A DNA stretch of 63,860 nt, filler included, from Phoronis australis (taxonomy: Eukaryota > Animalia > Phoronida): assembly GCA_002633005.1 (NCBI GenBank). It is 9 parts of 9 records of this genome, joined end to end, with 100 filler letters (N's around TTAATTAATTAA, not from the genome) between each part and the next. Parts side by side here need not be neighbours in the genome. Positions count along the whole stretch, not along the records: positions 1 to 4,528 come from NMRA01001621.1; positions 4,629 to 22,890 come from NMRA01001469.1; 7 more parts are not named here. One strand, written 5' to 3'. A program made the position numbers and the translations under genes. The notes under the pieces are model-generated. The model had not been told where the DNA came from and ran no database searches. It was given only the letters and a program-made list of their open reading frames with translations. Below are positions 1 to 12,400 of the stretch, piece after piece (the stretch's first letter is position 1; each line of letters begins with the position of its first letter).

Positions 1-1042
1 GATTCGACCTTTGCGGGAATCCTAAACCCCCCCCCTTACTGAAAACGTAGATCCGCCCCTGCCAAATCAAGCATCTATTGCAATATGCTCGTATAGCCTT
101 TAGCCACCTTGAGTAAAAAAAAACACCGGTTCCGGCTGAACTTGAAATACAAGCTATATTTCATTTTATTGGCAGTTTAGTTTCAATAAAAGCAGTCCGA
201 CGACGCCTCCGATAAAATTGAAGCACTAGTTCATCGATCCTTGGGAAGGACCCAAATTGACGTCTTGTTCCATTTCCCATATACGTCTGTCCCTTACCAA
301 GTATGCCACGTATTTTGTCGACCCTTCTTCAGAAAGAGTCCCCACATGTGTTTTTTAATTCGAGGAGCTCTTTCAAGAATCCCCATTACGTGTATTTATG
401 GCCAAATTAGTTCGAGTTTGCTATAGTAGGAGTATTCACCAAACAGACAGGCCTTGACAAAACCGTAGAACAAATTTTAGCCTTCGATTGACTTGGAGAC
501 CCTGGAACTGCATGCAAGGTGAAACGCTGTTACTGGGTTAAGTTTCTAAAATACCATTTTGTTTTATGCGGCTCAAGAGACTTTTTATGGAAATTATAAA
601 CGTCGTAGGTCTTGGCGCAGCCGATCATCAGTGCAAATGAGCGGAAAATTTCAAAATCAATTCCTAATGGCGTTTTAGATAACTGTGCTGACCAGGCAAA
701 GCATGATTAGTATCAGCGAGTTTCACGACATGAATCCTTCATTGAGCCATCTCGTAGACATGATGCTTCGAAGTCCACCAAATTTGGACATTTTATAGGG
801 CCTTTCTACATAACCTTAAGAGAGAAATCTGATTTTAAGGTCCCACTTAATAGTTGCGGGATAATAGTTTAGACTCACACCACACCAATATGAGTTAAGA
901 ACACATAGACTTTTGCGGTTGTCTTGCATACACACTGTTCGAGTACAGAATAGATACTGCATGCGAGACCCCCGGCGCTACAGCTCATTGACGTGCACCC
1001 TTGTTCACCATCGTCCGTCAGGTGGCGAAAAATGCAATAACA

Positions 1043-1052
1043 AAGATGGCGG
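1043..1052 (+). promoter_or_regulatory. YY1-type AAGATGGCGG motif, probable TSS region of the TCP11-like gene
   Basis: Motif seen in a locally CpG-rich patch ~1.1 kb upstream of the first coding exon. Confidence 0.35.
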
Positions 1053-1436
1053 ACAATTTGCTCATGCGGGATTCTTGTTGTGAATTTCGCTCCAGCTGCA
1101 TATTTTCAACCTGTTGAGGATTAGCAGCCGACCTGAAACGGAAGAGGTTTATTTGGTTATTTTGATACAAAGTATTTTTTAAATTGTCTGTATCACGAAT
1201 TAACGAACGACTGCATTTACCAGTGTCAGTGACAGTGCGCTTTTGACTTTCCAAGTCAAACTCTAAAGACGACTAAGAAAGTCTGACTCACTGTTGACCT
1301 ACACTTGAAGTGAACTCTCGGGCTGTAAAGGGGAATAAAGCGAAGTAAGTCATGTTAGGCAGATGCTGCCCTGTCTTAAGATTCATGGTCCAGGTAGCTG
1401 GATTTATTAATGAAAACAATAACGGTTTTAAAACGA

Positions 1437-1481
1437 CTTGACGTGTTTCAGTGTCATTTATTTAAACACCATCATCAGAAG
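1437..1481 (-). ncRNA. Minimal hammerhead ribozyme motif in a Penelope-like pLTR fragment (repeat spans ~1418-1627)
   Basis: Minus strand CTT-CTGATGA-TGGTGT..GACACT-GAAAC-ACGTC-AAG, with a 3-bp stem I; the same ~200-bp repeat occurs at 53072-53275. Confidence 0.6.
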
Positions 1482-2148
1482 AATGAGAGAGAATATATTC
1501 GCCACCTAGCAAGGCCCAGCAACAAGTGATGAAACACAGACACAGTCAGTTACAGGGAGTGACAATAAACTAGACCATCAATGACAACTTGTGGTGTGCC
1601 AGCTGCATATTGAAATTAAGACTTGCATCTGTAGAGCCTCCTCAAAGTGACAAAAATTTCCCCTCCTAGGATTAAAAAAATATCCTCAATCATTTGATCT
1701 TTCTTAAGTCGCACAGTGATGTTAGTGACGGTCCTTGAAATTGCGCTGGTGACCAGGGGATTGAGGGGTGGATTTCCTTCTCACTGGGCGAAACTTTGTA
1801 ACATTAGCACTTGAGACAAGGGTGGGTGCCGGGGGTGAATTTGGTGACGATTAGGGGAGGATGAAATTTGTTGGGGACTTGGGAGATTCTTTTCTTCGCT
1901 CACCTGAAAAGTATATGTTTCTTCATGTATGCTGTAAGCTTTTGAACAAGTTAGCTGTGCCTACAGGTTAAAACCTGTTTTACCATATACCCCTTTCTTG
2001 TGTAGTATCTCAAAGTGAAGTCTGAAGGTGTCTTTACAAAGCTCAAACACAGTCTTCAGCTCAAACCATCATCATACACTGAGTTTGGGTTTGGTGAACA
2101 TGCTTAAATGGAAATAAAACACTGATATTGTAACTTTATTGTTTAAGA

Positions 2149-2233
2149 ATGGCTGAGAAGAATACACCACCCAGAACTCCTGAGAAATCACCCACTAACT
2201 CACCTAGATTTCCACCTGGTTTTATGGTAGCTG
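2149..2233 (+). CDS. TCP11L1: TCP11-like gene, first coding exon (MAEKNTPPRTPEKSPTNSPRFPPGFMVA)
   Basis: Acceptor TTTAAG before 2148, ATG at 2149, donor G|GTAGGT. Phase 1 splices in frame to the exon at 3906. Confidence 0.7.
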
Positions 2234-2702
2234 GTAGGTATTATTGAGCTTCATGACATAAGATCACAAAAAGCAGACCTATTATAGGTTTCCATTGTCT
2301 GTGGATTTATGTGAACACAGATAATTTACTCAGCAGATCTCAGTTTGGAGACCTAGAGATTGTCAATGCGACCTCAGATTTTGTTTGGCGACCTGTTAAA
2401 AATCCTGGGTCTCCAAGAAGTTGCCGCTCCAAATCCAACCACACCCGCAAAATTCTGTGTACATGAAACAAGCAAATAGAAGTTGTAATAGTTGAGTAAA
2501 AATCAGAAGTGCCCAATTGTGAAATCTTGTCTGCCACATATTGCATCTGAGAAGGGGATGTTAGTCAGATTTCCATAGAATATAGATAGCAGATTCGCAA
2601 CTCTGACATTTTCTTCCATTCTATCCTAGAGGCGGCGCCACTCTCCTAAGTTATCTGATTAGTGTATTGTGATTGGAAATTGTCGCATCTATTTTACTGA
2701 TG

Positions 2703-2792
2703 AAAACAAAATAATAATTTCGGCATTGAAACGCAGTTCAAAATCTTAAACAGTAGAACTATTTGTATTGTGAGTACTTTCAGCAATGCTAC
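2703..2792. repeat. Interspersed repeat fragment shared with 62457-62550
   Basis: TAATTTCGGCATTGAAACGC...TATTGTGAGTACTTT..GCAATGCTACT occurs in both places. Confidence 0.7.
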
Positions 2793-3905
2793 TACCTCCC
2801 CGAGCACACAACAGCCGACCATGATTAGCAAACGACGTTCTTGCTGGAAATAATACCAGATAATTTGGCCTGGTGTCGCTAGTGAATAATGACGTAGCGT
2901 TGTGCGAAAGAGCACAGGTTTCGTCCATTGAAAGTATACAGAGTTGGCGGTCCATGTACTATAGTCTTTGGTCTCACTTGCTATATAGGTGTCTGCCCTG
3001 ATGGAAATTTGCTGGATTGTCACTTCAGATATCTCGTTTCATTTTCGGCTCTTGCCATTGACGTTTTCTACCTCAAAATTCGCTTGGCGACCTGGGAATT
3101 TTGCAAGTGTCTTGGTGGCAAATTTAAGTTAATTAAGTGCCTGTGACTTTCTATAACCACTTTGAGTTGGTGACGTAGCAACATCATTTCTTAAGTCTTT
3201 AAATCTGTTTAGACCCTCCTCTGGCCTATTTACATTAGCAGGATGTTTCACTCCGTCTCGGTCATTTCTACATTTGGTGAAACATTAAAGGCTAAAGATT
3301 CCTGATCATAAGAAATGCTGTAGACACTGATCAAAACATTGTGTCAATATAATTGGGATAGAAGTTGTTGTAAATAGACCAAAAGGTTTTGGAAATCGGT
3401 AGTTTGTGGTTTGTGTTATACAAATGCATGTTTTACTGTACATTGTATTGGAATAAGAAGTAATCACTTACCTAGAGGCGATTCAATTAGATGCCTCTAG
3501 AGAACAATGGCCGACTTATTCTCCCGACTGTAGATAGTGACTAGTTCAATATGAGTTTTATCATTGGATATTTTGTCCTTGTAAACAAATTACTTATCAG
3601 GGATCGTTACTATACTGTACTTTAAATTTATGAAGAGTTTTTGATTGATTGCAAACCGTTCCCGATTCAAAGTTTGGTTCTGAATCAGTTTTGAGTGCCA
3701 TTGTCTCTGAGTAGTGGCAAGGCAGACATTGGCTCATGAGAACTTAAATTTTTTTAGCATTGGTAACAGTGGAATCAGTTTTACTGTCATGGAACCAATT
3801 TCGATTCGATGGCTTTCTTTAGTAATGACTTCGGCAACATGTTGCCCAATTGTTGCAACAATAGTTCTTTAAATTAAATGAGTGTTCAGTGTTTCTTCTC
3901 TTTAG

Positions 3906-4038
3906 CGTCTCCACCACGATTTGTCTCCTTCGATCAGTTGATGTCATCAGCGGACGGAGTGACCAACATGACTCTAGCACATCAAATTGCTGTTGATGCT
4001 GACTTCAAGTTGGAAAAAGTACAACCAGCTGAGTCGAG
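3906..4038 (+). CDS. TCP11L1: TCP11-like gene exon (ASPPRFVSFDQLMSSADGVTNMTLAHQIAVDADFKLEKVQPAES)
   Basis: Polypyrimidine tract + TTTAG acceptor, AG|GTAATC donor. The peptide matches the conserved TCP11-family start SPPRFV...GVTNMxLAHxIxVxxDF. Likely the single invertebrate co-ortholog of TCP11/L1/L2. Confidence 0.88.
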
Positions 4039-4498
4039 GTAATCATTGGACACTGCTGATATAATAGTGAAAGTCCCTTTCTTCGTTATATGTTACCTTT
4101 GTATGTCTTTCAGTTTTACTATTTGTTTTTTAAATGACTTAGCTCTCTGTTTTAAATGCGTTTTATTGTGCATGAGTGTTAGTTGTTTACAGCTGCTTGT
4201 TATAGATTTGATTGTTTCACTTATTTTGTAATTTTTAGTAATTTATTTTATATTTTCATTGTATTATTCATTTAATTTGCATTTGTTGTTGTATACATAA
4301 CTCTATCACAGTTGTAATCTTACATTTCTCTTTGTGCTATCCAATGTTTATTCATTGAGGACACCCAGACTTGTCTAAAAAAAGTTATAAATGAATGAAG
4401 ACCTGCAAAGGCTCTATAGTTTACACAGCGTTTCTTGTTGCTGTCTGTAAACTAAATAAAAATGCCAGCGCAAATGTCAGAAAGTAAAGTCTTTGCAG

Positions 4499-4528
4499 TA
4501 TAGAGAAGCAAGTTGGGGATGTGATGAG
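4499..4528 (+). CDS. TCP11L1: TCP11-like gene exon, truncated by the contig end (SIEKQVGDVM...)
   Basis: TTTGCAG acceptor. Phase 2 completes AG+T=Ser and matches the family segment just before KAFWD. Confidence 0.8.
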
Positions 4529-4628
4529 NNNNNNNNNNNNNNNNNNNNNNNNNNNNNNNNNNNNNNNNNNNNTTAATTAATTAANNNNNNNNNNNNNNNN
4601 NNNNNNNNNNNNNNNNNNNNNNNNNNNN
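4529..4628. other. Artificial contig linker N44-TTAATTAATTAA-N44; also at 22891-22990, 27219-27318, 29678-29777, 37300-37399, 40370-40469, 58067-58166, 61834-61933
   Basis: Eight identical 100-nt spacers carrying stop codons in all six frames. Confidence 0.97.
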
Positions 4629-4885
4629 TCGGCGATCGCGCATGCGCACCTCGATTTTGGCCTAAAAACGTTTTCTCCTGTAGAGGGCGCATTATCAGAC
4701 CAATCCCTTCGAATTTTTTCAGGTATTAGTTTCTTATGACATGCTATTACACAAAGCCAAAAAACCGGAAGTTACTTTCAAGATGGCGGATCTGGCGCAT
4801 GTTGACCCATTTTCAGTCGTGCTGGAGTGCGATTTTAAACGGGAAGAGAAAAAGACGTGATTTTTTGCATGTGGACTCTTTGAAG

Positions 4886-6165
4886 TATAATCTTTCAAAT
4901 GGTCTGTAACAATTTTTTTCTCAGACTTACCGTTTTCGAGTTATTTGACTTTGAATTTCTTAAAAAATACGCAAAATTTCATTTTTTTCGAAAAATTTAC
5001 GGAATTAGGCGATACCATAAGTTAAGATAGAATTTTGAACGGGCTTTCAGAAGATGTTTTCCATTTTTCGCTAGGGCGTCTACTTTTCGAGTTATTTGAG
5101 ATTTTCTGATAACGCTGTTCCTTTGTTGAGCGCTCTTTCCGCATTGATGTTGGTTTATCTTCTGTTGAACTAGACTGTAGCCGATTTCTTATTGATTTAT
5201 GACATCTAAGTTCGTCATATGAATGTTGTGATGTATACACTTTCAAATGACTTGTAACATTTTTTTCTCAGACTCACCGTTTTCGAGTTATTTGACTTTG
5301 TATTTATTAAAAGGAACGCAAAATTTCATTTTTTCGAAAAATTTATGGAATTGTGTGATACTATCAATTTACATAGAGTTTTGAACGGGCTTTCAGAAGA
5401 TGTTTTCCATTTTTCGCTACGACGTCGACTTTTTGAATTATTTGAGATTGTCCGATAGCGCTGACAGATAGCGCCACCTATTTTGGATTGTGGGTACAAA
5501 GCATGGCTCATTTGTTTATTGGCTCTCTACAGGTCGCAATTTTCGTCTGATCCTCACGAAATTTGCACATGACGTGTGGATCGGTGTTTTTTCGATCTTG
5601 TTTACTTCGATCTTTTGTCCGTTTAAGGAATAATTCAATAATGTGGTCGCCTGTAAAGTGTAAATTGTAAAGGTGTTCTCAGAATTCATCAAGTGGTAAT
5701 GTGCGAATGTTATGACTTCATTTTTGTTACTTTAACCAATATGAAATCATTTAAACAACATTGTTGAGCCTACCAAAGTTGCCGTGTGTTACTTTTCTGT
5801 CGTTACCTATTATTGGACGCTGCTTTACTGGAAGGTATTTTAAAATGGTGGATCTGTAGCATTTTTATCAATGTTTGAATTGTCGTGGGTTAACATTTTG
5901 CGCGGAAAATTACATATCGTGAACTTTTGCATAGGGGTTTTCCAAGGTATAGTATGCCTCTCAAGTTGACCGTAAACTTTTTTTCAGACCAGATTTCGTT
6001 TTATTTGAGTCAATTTCATATAACATATAAATGTACACATTTTGTGGTAATTGTGTGGAATTTCACGAAACTACTCCTTTAGATAACTTTGAACGGGACT
6101 TAAAATATTTTTCCATTTTTGGATTAGGTTTGTTTCGAATTATTCGGGAATTTCTGATGACGCTG
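4886..6165. repeat. Three diverged direct copies of a ~230-bp unit (4886-5117, 5233-5463, ~5950-6165) in a Helentron/HINE-like core
   Basis: Copies 1 and 2 share CTCAGACTxACCGTTTTCGAGTTATTTGACTTTG and TTTTGAACGGGCTTTCAGAAGATGTTTTCCATTTTTCGCTA; copy 3 is more decayed. Confidence 0.75.
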
Positions 6166-6779
6166 TTGCTTTGTCGAAATTCACATACAATTTCTAGCTT
6201 CATAATAATTCTCAACCTATGTTTTTTTCGTTATGATCAGATGGAATTCAGATTCATAAATGCCGTTATTTTGTACTTACGCGGCTGATAATCTGTGAGC
6301 ACAACAGAAAAACACAATAAGTGGCAAATAATATTTTTATTAAATATATTCAACTATATAAATACACAGCATCTTTTCAAGTATCTGAAATACACACAGT
6401 AGTTAAAATGACGTAAATTATGATACAGACATCACTTGAACTTCACGGAGAGGACACATCGCTGTAGTTTTGAGCGGAATTGTAATTTTTAGGATAGGAA
6501 AGTTTGTGCAAATATTTGGATGAACAAGAGCACGCTTAATTCTACTTTAATTTAAATCGAAAAAGTATCATTGCGATTAACAAAAAAAAAATGACGCAAT
6601 GCTAACACTTCGTTCAGCCAAAACTGCGTCAATACCAAAGTTTACTCCCATGCCGGTCTACAAACTACGCATTGTTTACGTGGTGCAACCCAACAGTTTC
6701 GGTTATTTAACCAAAGGTCAGATAATTTTGACGGACTGGTGATGTTTCATGGACTTTTGTTAAATAGTTTATCTTGATA

Positions 6780-7350
6780 TTTCCACTGTTCTGGTGGCTT
6801 GTGGCAAAATATCCATCTAAAGTCGATTCAAAACTTCGCACTATAACCTCAGTGGACAGTGAATACCAAAACAACGAATTTCTACAGCGTTTGTACAATG
6901 TTTCGGTTTTTCGTGCTTCTCAACCATCCCTCGCGGTACTCATCATTTTCAACGGAGTCCGGGCCTTCCTTAAAAATTTGATACCACACAAACACTTTAT
7001 TTGGGTACTATTTATAAAGGCTTCCTGCAGGTGTCCATATGTTGTAGCTTTAGTCTTTTCCGTTGACGTAGCCAGAATCTAATGAACACTTTTGCGCTTG
7101 CACAACACGAACACCCGGTTTTGGATTATATCATTATTTCTAAAGACCTTCTGTACAAATCCATATGTTGTAGCTGCAGTGTCGTCAGTTGAAGGAGCTA
7201 GAATCTGATTCACATTTTTGCACTTGTCGATGTAACACGAGTACCCAGTTTTGGGTCACAGCATTATTCCAAAATGCTTCTTGTAGGTGTCCATATACTG
7301 TACGTGCAGTCTTGTCCGTTGACGTAGCTAGAATTTGAGGCACATTTTGC
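6780..7350 (-). pseudogene. Decayed mariner-transposase N-terminal HTH fragment, first HTH present as three tandem ~120-bp copies
   Basis: Minus-strand translation with frameshifts gives KTARTVYGHLQEAFWNNAVTQNWV / TAATTYGFVQKVFRNNDIIQNRVFVLCKR / KTKATTYGHLQEAF..VFVWYQIFKEGPDSVENDEYREG..VIVRSFESTLD. This resembles the mariner pattern KxATETYxxLxEAFGxxAxSxxRVFEWxxRFKEGRESVEDDxRSG..TVRE. Confidence 0.6.
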
Positions 7351-9094
7351 ACTTAACAATTTGCCGGAGAAAAAAAATCGCAGTGTATGTCGACAAACCA
7401 GGACTTTTAAGTTCATCCTGTTTGCTCACAGTATCGTAATAACCTAGCCTCTGAGTAGCACCACGCATACAAATACAAAGTTACATTTGCCAAATCAGTC
7501 GGCAAGGTCGTGGGAATACGTTTTACATACAACCCAACAACATTACAACGTTTCGGGATTAAAATTTGACAGAGATATATCACAGTACATATTTTCAAGT
7601 CAATAGCTAAGTTTTCAACATTAACACAGGATTCATGCCTTTATACTGAATACATAAGGAACGTTTTTTGAAGTACAGTTTATCGATGCATGATTTTACC
7701 CTCAGTACTCTAACCGAATATTACTATGACTAAAGACAGTATAATAACAAATCTGATTCAGTCATGAATTCCTAAACTGTACCTACACTAACATCACAAC
7801 TTGTGCAACTCATACAAGACCATGGCCAAGGGTATAAGCCAACCACTCACAATATTAACCTTTCTCTCAGACAGGAACATTTAGTTTGGGAAAGACAAAT
7901 TGTGAATCGTTGGAGCAGGATAGGGAGTAACAACGTGACATCACTTTTTGTTTGTCGTTCAATCCCTCTATGTAAAAATACAATTAATGATCCATATAAC
8001 TGATATAGGTTTAACATAGTTATAATGGGTGAATAACAAATGCTGCATCTAACAAACTTGACCAAGAATAAACGGAAATTTCTAAAACAACAAATCCTAC
8101 ATTTGACCAAATTTTCCACGGACAAGGTACAGAAACATTCTGGGAGACTTTTACAAGGTTGGGGGGTAGCAATGATGGATTTATTGCTTATGTAGCGAGA
8201 AATTAACTTAGCTCTAAGCATCCCAATAAGTCATTATGTAAAGTTCCCTTCAACTATTACCACATCCAAATTAAGCATAAGAGACCATCAGTTCTACATA
8301 TTTGTTCACTTGTAAAAGTCACCCTTTATGCTAAGGTTGCTTTTTCCTTGTCCTATCCATACCTATCAATGTAATTATCCAATAACCCCCCCCCCATAAT
8401 CCAATCCCCCTCCCCCTCCCCCAAGGCTACCTGTAGGCCCGAGTTTGTAAACTTGATCATACTCTGCAAACTGAGAAATGTTCCTAAAATGTCTACCATA
8501 TAATCAAAACAAACTTTTACATACTCAAATTTGCAAAGTAAAAGTTTTGCCAGTGTAGACAGACTTGTACTTTTACACTCTTCTCCCTTCTTGAGAATAT
8601 CCACATGTCTACTACTTCCTATGGAATTCAGCATTTGCCAAAGTAATCAGCAAATGACAGAGTATTACATTTAGTGTTGCATGCAAGCTCCACAGCCAGT
8701 TGTAAATTCATAACAATTAGTACTTCAGTAATTAAATATCTGCAGTCTAATAACCAAAATAGACAAAAATATTCATCCAAATAATAAGTGTTCATCTACA
8801 TACTTCCATTAAGTACTGATCACAACTTCATTTCTTGGCAAGATAATAATAATAAATTAACTAGAAGTTAAAGGCTTTGGCAGGTTTGCAATAGACTAGC
8901 TCACTAATATTCCAATAGGAGTTAACAGTAAACAATGCAAGATAAAAATATGTAATTCTACATGTGTGTATGGAAAACTTGCTGGAATCCAATAGGAAGA
9001 ACATTTTATGGTCCACCGCTTTAGATTAGCTCATCTTTGCTGATTTGCCACCATGAAGTGAGGAATCTGCAACATAAAACATCTTTTAAAATTC

Positions 9095-9410
9095 ATAGTC
9101 ACATCTCAAGTCATACCTTATGTCATATTTCATTTCTTACATTCCATCACATCTTGTGTAATATTTCATGCCATACTGAGTATCATGTCCAGTCTTGTAA
9201 TTCATGTTAGTTTTATCATATTCTGCAACATATATTCCTTACATTATGTCATCCTGTGTTTTAACCCATGGCATGCAATTTCTCATATATCGTGTCATAT
9301 CTCAGAACAAACTACAACATCCTGTATCATAACAAGCCAGATCTTCTTGCATTATATCTCATGCCATAGCCTGTATCATATCCAGTATCATATTCTGTAC
9401 TATGCCCGTC
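9095..9410. repeat. Decayed ~12-bp minisatellite (TGTATCATATCC-like) directly 3' of the RepHel stop codon
   Basis: Recurring GTATCATAT/GTCATAT/GCCATA units at roughly 12-bp spacing. Confidence 0.5.
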
Positions 9411-9412
9411 AC

Positions 9413-12400
9413 TTACATGGTAACTGTCCATAACACCGCATCATGATCAGAATAATAGACATCACGTATTACTGAATGTACCTTTTCACCGTAAAATGTG
9501 TCCCGGTTGAAGTATACATGATCTATCAGTGACCCAGAGTCAATTGTTGCTGTGGTTATCATTTGCCCAAATCCATAACTCTTCATTAATGTTGTCAGTA
9601 ACGTATCTTTAGTGTCGAGGAGGTTGTCATTAAAATCACCCAGTATAACGGTTGGTACATGCTCTGGTAATTCTATTAACAAAGACTCTAAGTTTTCCAC
9701 AAACAGTCTATACGATGAGCTTGGACTACGATAAATTGCTACAACTACAAGACGACCGAGTTCTGTTTTGACAACAATTGCCTTATACTCAAAGTAAGAC
9801 AAACTGAGTGACGGAAATATTTCTGTAGGCTGTAGTTTGGATGATGCACAGATTAGAATTCCGTGAGTTTTTCTTTGGCCAATAGTGCTGGATACATCAG
9901 ATCTAAAAGCTACATAAGAGTGACTTTCCAAGAACTCATTGAGGCAGTCACCTTGTGATAGGTATGTCTCTGTGAAGCACATGATGTCAACATAGTTGTA
10001 AAACTCTTTTTCGAAACTGTTCATCAAGTCTTTCTGTTTTTGCAACAAATAATGTATGTTCAAATGACCAATAGCAAGTACAGAGTCTTTTAAAAAATCA
10101 TTTTCAGTGTAACGCATATTGTGCATGTCCTTCATTTCAGCAGCAATTTTAGAATCAGTCTTTATCCCTCTAGGCTCAAACTGCGTAACATGCAACCCCA
10201 CCAGTGACTTTACTCTACTAAATGCTACATATGCTTGTCCACTACTGAACTTGTTGGCTCCTTTCATACACACAACTATTTCATCCATTGTCAGTCCTTG
10301 GCATTTGTGAATCGTAACAGCCCATGCCAAAGTTAGAGGGAACTGTAAACGAGACACTTGTGCACCTTTTTTTCCAGCTTTTTCAAATTTAGATTCATGT
10401 CTCATGATGGGAACAGCATCGGGATATTTAAGTTTCCATTGACCTGACGCAATAGCTTTTCTTCCAACTTCAATATTATCAAATTTAACAAGTACAGTTA
10501 TAACTCTTCCATCATTCCCTTTCTCAATTCCATCTACAACACCAATAACACCGTTTACGAGCCCATCTGATGTGTCAACATTATAAATCAACATAACTCT
10601 GGCACCACAGCAAATTTCTAAAACAGAATGCAAACCTCCAGTTTCTGAACGTTTAGATGTTTTATGGATGTGGTCTAAATCAAGTAATCTGGTACTATCT
10701 TTCTTGTCATCAATAGCAATAATTTTAACTCGGTCCGATTCATCAGGTTCAATGCTACAAAGTCTTTTCCTATTCCAGTTGTCAACATCATCATTGCGAG
10801 CAAAGACATGAAGTGCATGATATGGATAATTAGGAGAATTTTCAGCACAATGTCTAGAACGTAAAATAGCAATATCATCCTCAGTATGGCTTCCAAGTCG
10901 TACACGGCACAAAAGTTCAGCAAAACGTTGGTCACCCCTTTGTCTCATTACCTCACTTAGTTCATGCAGCATAAAATGGTCCTTCCACAACGATCCATAC
11001 AGATTTGCAAGTGGGTTTCTGACTGGATCATAGATATGAGATTGACAAACTGGTGGCAGTTGATATAGGTCACCAACAGCCAAGATGCTAACATTGCCGA
11101 ACAAGCATGAGTCATCACATGGTCCCATTATATCTGTAAGTCTTCTGTGGATGTTCAGTAACATGTCTGAGCCAACCATTGATATTTCATCTATAACTAA
11201 TAAGTGCAAATTTTCAAGTTTAGAGCGCAGCGTGTTCAGTTTGTCATAAGTCAGTGCATCACCGTGCTGTCCATATTTTGAAGTACGTAACAGTAGTGCT
11301 GAATGAATAGTCATTCCACCGATATTAAAGGCTGCTACACCAGTTGGCGCCGTTAGCAATGTGACAATATCTGTTGGCTTAAATTTTCGTGACAAAGATA
11401 AGAACCTTTTTGTATCAGACTGGATAAGTCGTATCACATGACTTTTACCCACACCACCAGGACCACTAAGAAATATTCTATATGGTTTTGGCTTTTCGTT
11501 TTGCTTAACACACTTAACAGCATATTTGCACCACTGCCTGTGATATACTACAATTTCGCGTTGTTTTTCATTTAGACTAGCCATCATACTGCGATATTGT
11601 TGTGGAATTAAACAGTCACGATTCTCTTCAATGTCATATCTAGCCACAAGATCGGATGCATTCTCAGCTACTGGTCTTTCAAACATGGCAGCATTTGCGT
11701 CTAGATCTTCTTGTTCCAATCCCCTCACAACATCTAAACCCTCATTCTGCGCTTGTAAATTCTCGTGTTCAACTTCAGGCGCAAGTAATTCCCAAACATG
11801 TTGTGGAGGTCCATCGTGCGCATTTTGATCAAGGGCTTGTTCGATAAGTTCAGTATTATGTGAGAACTTTTGTTCATTTTCAAAAATCAATTGTGACACA
11901 GCATTGTAATGTGAATGATAATCATCGTAATTAGCTTTAAGGTCTCTCTCTTCATTTCGCCATGGGAGGTAGAGCATAAGTTTTGCACGATAGAAACTGC
12001 TTGGTTCTTTTTCTACATTGTGTTTACGAAACCGTATCACTGCAGTTTGTCTCCTCCGGTGCATAGAACCTTTGCCATTCTTTAGTTTTATCCTCTGAGG
12101 CAATGACAGAGGGATATCAACTTCTCCTTCATTCAAAACATCTGGTACACTATCGTTATAATCATCATAATCTTTGTACGTTGTTTTGTAGCTAGCAGCA
12201 AATTCAGCCAGACACAGATTCTCAAGACTGTCTGGTCTATATTCATAACGATCAACTAAACTGGTTTGAAAGATGTCAATGTCATTATCCTCCAACTTAT
12301 CAAGTTGTACTTTATCTTTCAGAACTGCAATTCTAGTAGATTTCGGATCTGTGTTGACAAAAACGATTTTTCGACTTGAACGTTTCAAAGGCATAGACAA

